NCBI GenBank assembly: GCA_039818605.1
Contig: JBCBTQ010000002.1
Span: 13,047-77,046, forward strand
Length of the DNA stretch: 64,000 nucleotides
From: Cyanobacteria bacterium J06639_14
Lineage (GTDB): Bacteria > Cyanobacteriota > Cyanobacteriia > Phormidesmidales > Phormidesmidaceae
Direction: 5' to 3'
Shown here: in pieces, positions 28,622-37,468 of the stretch
Layout of the letters: each line of letters starts with the position of its first letter
How positions within the stretch are numbered: the stretch's first letter is position 1
Notes under the pieces: model-generated
What the model was told of the DNA's origin: nothing
Database searches by the model: none
What the model saw: the letters and a program-made list of their open reading frames with translations, nothing else
Made by a program: the position numbers and the translations under genes

Positions 28622-30352
28622 CTAAAGCAAACTGCCGTATTTGTCGATTAGATCAGCGGGGTCAGGATAGGCGGAATTAACGGGGGCAGGGGGTTCCGGC
28701 AGCATCGCTTCCACCAGCTGCCGTCGTCGCTCCAGGTCTTGCGTGGTAGGGACTCGTTGGGGACTGCGCTGCATTAGACGCGCTTGAATCTTGGTCCAGA
28801 GCGCTTCACTGGCCGCTGTTGCTTGCAGATCCGCCTTCGGAATCTTGATGGTCTGCCGAATGGGGATGGCGGCTTCTCCTTTGGAGATAAAGCCCGGATT
28901 GATCAGGACGCACTTTCCTTGGGGCAGCCGGAGAAACTGGCTCGGTTCAAACAGCTTGCGAGTGCGTTCCTGCTCAGAAATCGTAGTGCTGGATTTGCCG
29001 CCCCCGCGATTACGAGATTTCTGCTTGTAGCGGATCTCTTCATCCCCGAGAAAGTCAGAGAACATGCGAGCCGCTTCGTATTCCTGGGGATTGAAGATGG
29101 CTTTGGTCGCACAGGCTCCCAAGATGGCCCTTGCCAGCTCCCGCCCGTAGGTTTTCTCTAACTGCACCAGATTTTGAAAACCCAGGATGACCGACAGTCC
29201 ATCCTCTCGGTTTTCGTTCAGCCACTGCACCAGGGTCGGCAGATACAGCGTCGGCAACTCGTCGATCGCGACAATTAGCGGGTCTTGCCGTCGCTTGGCG
29301 ACATTGCGAGTGACAATCATATGGAGGACAGTCGCCACCAAGGGACCAACCACGTCCCGTCGTTCTCGATCCATTCCAAAAATCAGCAGTTGCTTCCCGC
29401 TTAATTCCAGAGGGATGGACGTGCGACCACAGAAGCTGCCCAGGACACCTTCCTTCATGAAGCGGGTAAAGGTTTCGCTGGCACTGCCGACGATGCCGCT
29501 AGCGGTTTTCTCCGCATCTTTCACCCCAATTAGCTGATTGAACGAGACGCGAATCCAACTGTTCATGTTCTTGGCTGCGGCGATGCGGTTCCCCAAGTTC
29601 GTCAACCCCAGCACCGCCTGAGCGGTCATGATATCGGGATACTCGGTAGACTTTGCCAGCATTAACAGCGCTTCGGTAAGCTGATCACCAGCAGCGGCAA
29701 AGAAGCCATCTTCATTGCTCTGGGTCATCAGCCGAAAGTTCTTGTTCAGCACCGTGGCAATCTGCCGGGCCATCTCCGCATCGGACTCGCTGCGGAGGAA
29801 ATCGATAGGGTTACACACGCCGGACTCAGGAAAACCGGGAGCCAAGACATGGACCTGGTAGCCCAACTTAGCCGCATAGGCCGCGTGGCGAGCACTCTGA
29901 GTCGGATATTTGAAGTCGTACAAAGCGACCGGCAATCCCTGCTCCAGCGCAGACCGGATCAGCGGGTCGATGACACTGAAAGTCTTGCCAGAACCCGGCC
30001 CACCACAGACCGCAACGCCCCGCTGTAGGTCCGGCAGGTAAATCGACCGGGCATCTTTGGGGCGCTTGGGTTTGCCGATGTAGAGCGACACGGCATTATG
30101 CTGACGGGCAGTCAGTTGTTTCACAGCTCGCTTACGCGCCGCTCCTTTTTCTTTAGCGCTGCCGAAGCGACTGGTGGCCAGCTTGCCTTTCTTACGATCG
30201 CCCCACAGCGCCAAGCCCCCCACCAGCAGCAAACAGCCCAACAAAACTAGACCATTGCGGGACTGGAGGGAGGAAGCCAGTTGGGAAAGAGACTCATTGG
30301 TAGCCGAATCAGCCTGGGCCAACGTTGGAGGTTGTTCTGTAAAGGTCTTCAT
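28622..30352 (-). CDS. Type IV secretion coupling protein (VirD4/TraG/TraD family)
   Basis: N-terminal TM segment, Walker A CGGPGSGKTFS, Walker B LIVAIDELPTL. Confidence 0.9.
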   Translation of the reverse strand: MKTFTEQPPTLAQADSATNESLSQLASSLQSRNGLVLLGCLLLVGGLALWGDRKKGKLATSRFGSAKEKGAARKRAVKQLTARQHNAVSLYIGKPKRPKDARSIYLPDLQRGVAVCGGPGSGKTFSVIDPLIRSALEQGLPVALYDFKYPTQSARHAAYAAKLGYQVHVLAPGFPESGVCNPIDFLRSESDAEMARQIATVLNKNFRLMTQSNEDGFFAAAGDQLTEALLMLAKSTEYPDIMTAQAVLGLTNLGNRIAAAKNMNSWIRVSFNQLIGVKDAEKTASGIVGSASETFTRFMKEGVLGSFCGRTSIPLELSGKQLLIFGMDRERRDVVGPLVATVLHMIVTRNVAKRRQDPLIVAIDELPTLYLPTLVQWLNENREDGLSVILGFQNLVQLEKTYGRELARAILGACATKAIFNPQEYEAARMFSDFLGDEEIRYKQKSRNRGGGKSSTTISEQERTRKLFEPSQFLRLPQGKCVLINPGFISKGEAAIPIRQTIKIPKADLQATAASEALWTKIQARLMQRSPQRVPTTQDLERRRQLVEAMLPEPPAPVNSAYPDPADLIDKYGSLL

Positions 30353-30885
30353 GGCAGTACCTCGTAGCTCTCGGGCGGTAGCTCAATGCCCAACTGCTCC
30401 AGCGCCCAAATGTGTTCGGGCGGAAATTCGCTGCGGGTCCCTTCCGGAGCGCCTGTGAGATAGTCCGTCAGCTGCTGTTGATACGTCTCCTGACCACCTT
30501 GCTCCTGAAGAACACGGGTGTAACGCTGGAGCGCTAACTCCCGTGCCAGTTGGAGGGGAATGTAGTGGCTGAGCACCGGATCGTCTTCTGGCAAGAGCGA
30601 TCGGCAGGTTTCTTCAGGAGCCAAGTAAATCAGGACCTCCTGATAGACGTCCTCATCACCCTCCGTCCAGATGGTGCCAATTAGGTGATAATTGCCGGTC
30701 TCGGTGTCAACGACGCCCCAGACCTTGGCGCTTTGGGTTGATGGCGGCAGGCAAGTTTGGACGGTGGCGGGAATGTCGTCTGAGGCTCGCACCAGATTCA
30801 GACTGACCGATGCAATCAGGCTGATCAGCAGGATCAAGATCCCGAGGAGTGGGAGCAATAGGGTGCGATTTCGTCTCATAATCAC
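30349..30885 (-). CDS. Hypothetical protein with N-terminal TM/signal anchor
   Basis: 178-aa ORF whose stop overlaps the T4CP start (ATGA). Confidence 0.55.
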   Translation of the reverse strand: MIMRRNRTLLLPLLGILILLISLIASVSLNLVRASDDIPATVQTCLPPSTQSAKVWGVVDTETGNYHLIGTIWTEGDEDVYQEVLIYLAPEETCRSLLPEDDPVLSHYIPLQLARELALQRYTRVLQEQGGQETYQQQLTDYLTGAPEGTRSEFPPEHIWALEQLGIELPPESYEVLP

Positions 30886-30891
30886 TGGCCC

Positions 30892-32601
30892 TCAACTGAG
30901 ATAGTTCATGGGATTCTGGGGCTGGCCATTCTGGCGAATCTCAAAGTGGAGATGCGGCCCCGTCGAGCTGCCGCTGCTATTAGCTCGCCCCACCGGATCG
31001 CCCTGGGCAATGATGTCGCCCTGCCGGACGAAAAAGCCCTGCAGGTGGGCGTAGTAGGTCTCCGATCCATTGCCGTGGTCAATGATGACGAGCCTGCCGT
31101 AGCCGCTAGTTAGAGAACCGCTGATGCCCGCGAAGGTGACCTGACCGCCATCGGCAGCGCGGATGATCGTGCCATTGGGCGTGCCCAAGTCCGTCCCGGC
31201 GTGGAGACGGCGATCGCCATGAATGGGGTGGGTGCGATAGCCAAAACTGCTGGTGATGGGATATCCCGGTGCCGGATTGATGAAGCCACCGGTAGCAATG
31301 CCAGGAGAGCTTGAAGTTCTAGCAACCGGCGTTGGAGCGGGGCTAGGCTCGCCGGTCTCAGGATCAATTCCTTTCGCCGCAGCTACTTCAGCAGAATCAG
31401 TGGTTGAAAGACCTTCCTTGATTTGCCCTAGGAACACCATCCCTTCCTCTTGGATAGGCAGCCAGGGAATGGGACCGATGAAGTAAGGCGTACAGCCCAA
31501 GTCCACAAAGGCATTGCGGACACACATGCGAAAGTAGAGTCCCGTTTCAGCGGTACCAGTAGCCTCATCGGTTTCCAGCACCGCGACCTTGAAGGCATTG
31601 CCAAAGGGGTGACGGCCCGTAGGCTCTAAACCACCGTTAGCCGAAGCTAATGTGCCTCGCCCCCCTTGAACTTGCTGATACTTGCCGGAAATCCACTGAG
31701 TGCCTTCCACTAATTCCGGTTGAGCCATTTCCAAATGGGCGCAATCAATCTGACAGGGAACGTTGAATCCTTCGACGTAGCTGCCGCTGATGGTGTTTGT
31801 CCGATCGCCCTCCGCCGAACCAAAGACTACATCCACCATCCCCACAACTACACCCTGCTCCACAATGGGATTGGGAAAATTGGCAAAGGGCACATCGGCT
31901 AGTCCAGGAATCTGGTCGATGACCGATTGCTGCCAGTCTTGAAAGGTTTCTAGGGGGGCATCGATCAGGCCTGGAATGGCGCTCAAATCGTACTGCTCCA
32001 AATTAATTTCCCCCAAGCTGAGTTCTGCCCAGACTTCGTTTTGAACCACCTCAGCAATCGTCTGGGGAACTTCAAGTTGGCCCTGGAGCAGATCGGCGAT
32101 CGGCGGCACGGCTGGGACGGGTAGATCGGCGAGATCCGGAATGGCTTGCACCAAATCCGCGATCGTCTGCCAGCCGACCAGCGCCAAATCGGCGAGCCTG
32201 AGCGCTTCCCAATCCAGACCGACGACAGCCCCAATGTCGGCCAGCGAAAATCGCTGTAGTTGAAAGCTGTCCTGGAAATCGCCCAGCAGCAGGTATTCAT
32301 CGGCAGTCTGTTCGGCTTGCCAAAGGCGAGAGGGATCGTAACCCAGCTGCCGAATGAGATCAGTCGGGGCTTCAAATGAGCCTGATTCCAAAATCTCGGG
32401 GAGCGATCGCAACGTAATTTGCGCCCAGTTAGGTTTGATGCCCAGCATCTGATCCTGAATGACCGGGACGGGCGAACCCGGCTGAGTGCTGGAGTGAGCG
32501 GGCGCAAGGGGCCAAAGATGTAGGGCGATCGCGAAAACAAAGACAAGCAGCCCTATCACAGACCACCCGAGGCGTCTGCGCCTAAAAATCGATGAGTTCA
32601 T
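30892..32601 (-). CDS. Secreted M23-family peptidoglycan endopeptidase (T4SS-associated cell-wall hydrolase)
   Basis: C-terminal HAGTDLGTPNGTIIRAADGG...YYAHL...GSSTGPHLHFEIR (HxxxD / HxH M23 motifs). N-terminal signal anchor. Confidence 0.85.
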   Translation of the reverse strand: MNSSIFRRRRLGWSVIGLLVFVFAIALHLWPLAPAHSSTQPGSPVPVIQDQMLGIKPNWAQITLRSLPEILESGSFEAPTDLIRQLGYDPSRLWQAEQTADEYLLLGDFQDSFQLQRFSLADIGAVVGLDWEALRLADLALVGWQTIADLVQAIPDLADLPVPAVPPIADLLQGQLEVPQTIAEVVQNEVWAELSLGEINLEQYDLSAIPGLIDAPLETFQDWQQSVIDQIPGLADVPFANFPNPIVEQGVVVGMVDVVFGSAEGDRTNTISGSYVEGFNVPCQIDCAHLEMAQPELVEGTQWISGKYQQVQGGRGTLASANGGLEPTGRHPFGNAFKVAVLETDEATGTAETGLYFRMCVRNAFVDLGCTPYFIGPIPWLPIQEEGMVFLGQIKEGLSTTDSAEVAAAKGIDPETGEPSPAPTPVARTSSSPGIATGGFINPAPGYPITSSFGYRTHPIHGDRRLHAGTDLGTPNGTIIRAADGGQVTFAGISGSLTSGYGRLVIIDHGNGSETYYAHLQGFFVRQGDIIAQGDPVGRANSSGSSTGPHLHFEIRQNGQPQNPMNYLS

Positions 32602-32622
32602 GGCCTTAACCAGAATGAAGGA

Positions 32623-33348
32623 CTAACGGTCAGTCGAAGTCAGCGGCGGATCATCGCGAGCCCTAGCTCCCCACTCTGCGAGTTGAGTAATCAGCTCTTG
32701 AGACACTCCGGCCTGTTCCGCCGCCAGCGGCATCTCTAGCCCTTGCTGAGTCATGTCTAGAAAGGTTTGCAGCCGCTGCCACAAATCCTGTTCGGGACGA
32801 ATCAGGTCTCTGGATGCGGCAATTGCTAAGCCCCGACGCACATCACCTGGACCCAACAGCGAATGAATGGGGGACGATGGCTGGACGGCAACGGTGTGGT
32901 AGTCCGGGTCGCCATCGCCAAATTCGATGCGAAATTCGTAGAGGTGACGAACTCCATTTGTCGCCTCGGTAATGACGGTCAGCAAGGTGCCGCTAGCGCT
33001 AGGCAAGTGCCTAAAGTCCAATCCCTGGATTCGCCGCAGGTGAATGACTGAGGGATTGCCGGAAACACAGTCTGATTCAGCAGCGGCAGGACAGAGCGGC
33101 TCATCAAAGTCCAGAGCTACCCGAGCGGGGTCATCGATCCATACCTGCACGATGTGTTCATTCGTGGGCAGGAAGCTGAGATTCGTGCCATAGCCGGTCC
33201 AGAGATGGACAACTGGCGTGACACCAAAGAGCCCTTGAGCCCGATCAGCAGAGATTGCCACCACAGATTGCGCCTGCGCAGTTGGGATGGGCCAGCCGCT
33301 GACAGCGATCGCCCCGATAAATAGCCAGGAAAGGCACTGTCTGTTCAT
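32623..33348 (-). CDS. Secreted hypothetical protein (possible VirB9-like component)
   Basis: Signal peptide ...PIPTAQA|QS. Position is adjacent to the VirB10-like gene. There is no motif-level support. Confidence 0.45.
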   Translation of the reverse strand: MNRQCLSWLFIGAIAVSGWPIPTAQAQSVVAISADRAQGLFGVTPVVHLWTGYGTNLSFLPTNEHIVQVWIDDPARVALDFDEPLCPAAAESDCVSGNPSVIHLRRIQGLDFRHLPSASGTLLTVITEATNGVRHLYEFRIEFGDGDPDYHTVAVQPSSPIHSLLGPGDVRRGLAIAASRDLIRPEQDLWQRLQTFLDMTQQGLEMPLAAEQAGVSQELITQLAEWGARARDDPPLTSTDR

Positions 33349-34847
33349 AGCGTCACCGTTTGATTGATGTACACTTCGACCTCCGTTCCGGGCGGGAGAT
33401 ACCAGATGGTGGGCCGATTGAGAATTTCCTCCAGGGCGGCTTGGTTGCGCTCTGCCATCTGTTCACTCAATTGACCAAAGGCCCCTTCGAGCAGACCAGC
33501 CAGAATGTTAGGGTCTCCAGTTTCTTGGGTGACGGTACTGCCTCCGGCATTGCTAATCACGGAGGAAGATTGGGGACGATTGATCAGCTCAGCGACCCGA
33601 GAGACCCCAGACATTGCCGCCATGTTCAGATCCATCCGAGCGATGTCACTGCCAGAGTCGCCGTACTTTTGGGCAATCAGGGGCGTCCCCTCAAGTCCTC
33701 GCAGTTGGATTGCGCCAATGGGTAGTGCCACCTCATGGCCGTCTCGAATGAGCGAAACGACAGCCAGTTGAGCCAAACCACTCTCATCCACCGAGTCCAC
33801 CTGCACAACCAATGCCGTTTCCACCGGTAACCCAATTGCTTCCTCAGGAGTCAACAAAGGCTCTGTCAGTTTCACTACGAACTGAGGCGTTTCTGTTTCT
33901 GTCGCCGCTGCCCAGATCAAAGGCGTCTCCAAAACCGCTGCGGCTTGAGTGCCTGTGACGAGTGCTGCCGATGATGTTGGCAGGGGGCGTTCCTGCAGAA
34001 TGGCGGCTTCTTCGGCATGGTTGATCGCTGGCCAAGTTGAGGTGGTCGTATTGCGGGCTAGCACCGCTGAGTCAGGAAAAGATAATTGGTCTGTCTGTTG
34101 AAGGAGTGGAGATTCATCCACGTCAGAGGCTGATGTCCCTCGGCGATAGCTACCGATCTGAGACAAAGCCATCCACTGCTCCATCGGATCTCCTTCTGGC
34201 TCAGGGGCCGTTACTGCTGACGATGGCTGGGCGGCGCTGACCCGAGGAGCAAGGGTTGGACGAGAGGTTGGGGCTGAACGCTGCACGACCGGTTGGGGCG
34301 ATCGCGGGGCGGGTCGCGGCGGTGACGAAAATTGTGGTGCTTCCTGAGTTGCGGCAGGCTCTGGCTCTGGTCGAGGGGTAGATTCTTCTTGCGTCAGAGC
34401 TTCCAGTTCCGCTTGCTGTTGTCCCATCGCCAAGTCGGTCAGCAGTTGTCCACGATCGTCTGCCGCAGCTGATTCGTCTGCTGCCACCATCGGCTCGGCA
34501 AAATCGGCTTGCGCCTCCTGTGCTGGCGGTGAATTCTCTCGATTCATAATGCCGCTGGTGAATACCGCCAGCACGCCGATCACCAAGCCCGTTCCCGCCG
34601 CCACCACGCCCAGTTTCGTGAAGGGATTAGCGGCGATCGATCGCCCCGTTTTCTGATCCGTCCCGACCGCAGCCGACTCATCCAGGTCTTCGGGATCTAA
34701 CAGCGGTCCAGAGTCAGGAACATGACCATTGTTAGTCGCTGGCGAAGCCGACTCTGTTTCTGGAGCAGCAGCCTCTTTGTCCGGTAGCTGCAAGCCCACC
34801 AGATCCGCCATTTCCTGTTCATCCCAAAAATTATCGGGGGTACTCAT
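33345..34847 (-). CDS. VirB10/TrbI-like T4SS protein
   Basis: Has an N-terminal TM, a long Pro/Ala/Ser/Glu-rich linker, and a C-terminal beta-rich domain ending ...WYLPPGTEVEVYINQTVTL, typical of TrbI/VirB10. Confidence 0.6.
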   Translation of the reverse strand: MSTPDNFWDEQEMADLVGLQLPDKEAAAPETESASPATNNGHVPDSGPLLDPEDLDESAAVGTDQKTGRSIAANPFTKLGVVAAGTGLVIGVLAVFTSGIMNRENSPPAQEAQADFAEPMVAADESAAADDRGQLLTDLAMGQQQAELEALTQEESTPRPEPEPAATQEAPQFSSPPRPAPRSPQPVVQRSAPTSRPTLAPRVSAAQPSSAVTAPEPEGDPMEQWMALSQIGSYRRGTSASDVDESPLLQQTDQLSFPDSAVLARNTTTSTWPAINHAEEAAILQERPLPTSSAALVTGTQAAAVLETPLIWAAATETETPQFVVKLTEPLLTPEEAIGLPVETALVVQVDSVDESGLAQLAVVSLIRDGHEVALPIGAIQLRGLEGTPLIAQKYGDSGSDIARMDLNMAAMSGVSRVAELINRPQSSSVISNAGGSTVTQETGDPNILAGLLEGAFGQLSEQMAERNQAALEEILNRPTIWYLPPGTEVEVYINQTVTL

Positions 34848-35581
34848 GGCAAGTCCTCGCGATTGAGTTCACGAATGGCATAGATTTGTAGCCCGGCCTG
34901 ACGAATGCCGTAGATGGCCTGCTCCAAAGGCGTTTCACCCTCGGGAACCGCTGGAGCCGTGACGGCTTCCACAAACACTTCGCGGTTAAAGGGAATCGCC
35001 TCTCCCAGGGCATTGGTTTCATCGAAGACGTAGAGGTGCGCGACGACATCTACTTGCCAGCGCCCCTCACCGACCACAACTGGCTCAGAGACATGGTTGA
35101 CCACCATCACCACCTGAGTCGTACCGCTGAAAACGCCTGGCGGTGTCAATTCGGCGACCCGCTTGAGAAAGTCCTGACGGAAGTCTTCTGAGAAGGCAAA
35201 ACTGGCTTGCCAACTGGCGGTGGTCACCTGCCCTTTACCGCGCTCCATCTCTACCGGGAGTCCTGGATCGGGCTGAGGTTGTTGAGCCGCTTCGGCAGTG
35301 GCCGCCGGGAGGCTGCCGCTCCAGTTGAACATCAACACCAACGTGTCGTTGACAAAACGCCGAATGGTTTCTGGGGTACGGTCTTGAGCCTCCATGGCAC
35401 CGACCCGGATGGCCTGACCATCCTGCATCTGCACCAGGGTGGGAGCGGCTTGACGACTCAAGCGGCTGAGGGCACCGGCTTGAACAAATAGGAACACCAG
35501 AATCACCAGCTGGAGTCCCACACTGCCCAAAACAAACAGGGGCAAATAGTTCGTGTTGCGTTTCTCGATTAACTGCACCAT
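34844..35581 (-). CDS. VirB8-like bitopic T4SS protein (tentative)
   Basis: Single N-terminal TM (LPLFVLGSVGLQLVILVFLFV) plus a ~190-aa periplasmic domain. Sits at the VirB8 position in the gene order. Confidence 0.45.
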   Translation of the reverse strand: MVQLIEKRNTNYLPLFVLGSVGLQLVILVFLFVQAGALSRLSRQAAPTLVQMQDGQAIRVGAMEAQDRTPETIRRFVNDTLVLMFNWSGSLPAATAEAAQQPQPDPGLPVEMERGKGQVTTASWQASFAFSEDFRQDFLKRVAELTPPGVFSGTTQVVMVVNHVSEPVVVGEGRWQVDVVAHLYVFDETNALGEAIPFNREVFVEAVTAPAVPEGETPLEQAIYGIRQAGLQIYAIRELNREDLP

Positions 35582-35604
35582 GAGCGGTTTCCTGTCGAGT
35601 ACTA

Positions 35605-36705
35605 TCAGCGGCGCATGCGATACGCGCGGCGGCGAGCGGAGTAACCGGGAGTGCGAGCAATGCCGCCCATCGCGCCAGTTCCGGCAATTACGCCAGCCGC
35701 ACTGGTCAGGGCTCCAAACACTGTCATACCCCCACCAGAAGCCAACGCCAGCGACAAAATGGGAGCGAGCAACCCTAGAAAGAAAGGGGCAATTAGGGGA
35801 TGGGCATCCCCGGCATTCAGCACCGCCAGCGAAACCAGCCCGGAGAGAATGTTGAAACTGAGCTTGGCCACGGCGAGGGAAAAGAAGCCGGTTAACCAGG
35901 CAAACAGCGGTTTCGCCCCTACCGGCAGCAACGACCCACCCACTGCCAGAGGGCCGAGCGTTGCTGTGAGCAGCATGGAGGCTTCAATCAGCCACTGAAA
36001 CGCGATGTGCAACGCCATCAAAATGCCTCGTGTCACGGTCTGAAACCCCGAGCCCATCAGCGCTCCGCCAAACCGTAAACCGGAATCGAGGGGATTGTCT
36101 CCGGCTTGCGCCGCTTCCCAGGCCCGAGACAGCGCATTGGGATTGCCCGTTCTAGCGCGGTAGTCTGCAATGAATTCCCGCGCCTCAATGGCCGCCAGTT
36201 CAATACAGTTCGCCCGCTCCTCTGGATTTTGGAGTTCGTAACACTGGTTGCGTCGCTGGATGATGGTCTGTTCCACAGAGCCTTCCAACACAGCGGTTTG
36301 ATAGGCCTCTTGTAGTTGAATATCGGCAGCCGTGTAGGCCAACACGTCCTGATTGACCTGGTTAATATAGTTGCGAATATCCAGGGTGATCGCCGCCAGC
36401 CGCTCGCCATTGTTGGACAGCAAGATGATCACCAGCAGCGGCCAGATGAAGTCGGCATAGGCCCGTTGACTGTCCCCTTCCACCATTTGCCGGGTCCACT
36501 GGGTCAGGAAAAACAGCAGGGTCGCCACGGCAAAGAGGACGCCGACTCGCGCTAAGGCAAAATAAAGTCCCCCTTGCAGGACGCTATCCCACAGCTGATT
36601 CCAACTCTCGGCCACCGCTTCCGACGCGATTTGCCCGCCTTCAATGATGTCGGCGGTGTCGCGCGGCACTTGAGCGATCGGGAGAGAGAACCAAAGTGAA
36701 AGCAT
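35605..36705 (-). CDS. VirB6/TrbL-like polytopic T4SS membrane protein (tentative)
   Basis: 366 aa with at least 6 hydrophobic helices. Call rests on operon position. Confidence 0.5.
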   Translation of the reverse strand: MLSLWFSLPIAQVPRDTADIIEGGQIASEAVAESWNQLWDSVLQGGLYFALARVGVLFAVATLLFFLTQWTRQMVEGDSQRAYADFIWPLLVIILLSNNGERLAAITLDIRNYINQVNQDVLAYTAADIQLQEAYQTAVLEGSVEQTIIQRRNQCYELQNPEERANCIELAAIEAREFIADYRARTGNPNALSRAWEAAQAGDNPLDSGLRFGGALMGSGFQTVTRGILMALHIAFQWLIEASMLLTATLGPLAVGGSLLPVGAKPLFAWLTGFFSLAVAKLSFNILSGLVSLAVLNAGDAHPLIAPFFLGLLAPILSLALASGGGMTVFGALTSAAGVIAGTGAMGGIARTPGYSARRRAYRMRR

Positions 36706-36745
36706 GGCGAGAGAAATTTAAATTGACGTCATGACGAACTGACGA

Positions 36746-37468
36746 CTAGAACAAGCGGGCTTGACTGCTAATTTGCAGCGTGTCCAGGGCACTACCCAGC
36801 TCCTGAAGGCGGCGAGCACGGGCTTCTTGATCCAGGTTTTGCGAAATGTTGGTCAGGTTGAGATTGGTCAGCTGCGTATCCTGCCGCGACTGCAACAGTT
36901 CCGACTGCACCGCGCCCAAGACTTCTGACTGCCGAGCATTTTGCTGCGCCATCGCCTTGATGGCATCCTGGGTGGAGACCGCTACCTGGGCCGAATCCGC
37001 GTGCTGCTGCACCTGACCGATGGTGTTTTCCATCCAGGTGATTTTGTCGCGGGTCGCAGTTTGGCCTGACTGACTTAACACCGCATCCACTTGAGCGCGG
37101 GTGAGCTGGCGGTCGATTTCATTCGCGGTTTCAGCAGCTGCTTGAACCGTATCGGACTGGGCCAAGTCCCCGGTCAAAGTGGCGGCCAGTTCTGTCGCAA
37201 TGTCAGAGCGGACGAGATTAGGGTCAACCAGGCCCAGATCGCCCACCGCATTGTGGATCACCCCATCCAGCTCACCGGGGAGAGCATCCATCACACCCGT
37301 AATGGTTTGTTCGACGTAGGCTCTCACCTCCTCGAAGGCTTGGCGAAAGATGCCAAAGATGTCGTTAAACGTCGTATCGACTTGGGATGCTGCTGCCGGT
37401 TTGACCGGAGCAATCAGCAACGTGGTGGCCAGAATCGGGATCAAGGCAAAGCGCAGTTTCGGGGTCAT
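36746..37468 (-). CDS. Secreted alpha-helical protein (VirB5-like position)
   Basis: Signal peptide ...KPAAA|SQ, Q/A/L-rich helical sequence, and a stop just after the virB4-like gene. Confidence 0.45.
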   Translation of the reverse strand: MTPKLRFALIPILATTLLIAPVKPAAASQVDTTFNDIFGIFRQAFEEVRAYVEQTITGVMDALPGELDGVIHNAVGDLGLVDPNLVRSDIATELAATLTGDLAQSDTVQAAAETANEIDRQLTRAQVDAVLSQSGQTATRDKITWMENTIGQVQQHADSAQVAVSTQDAIKAMAQQNARQSEVLGAVQSELLQSRQDTQLTNLNLTNISQNLDQEARARRLQELGSALDTLQISSQARLF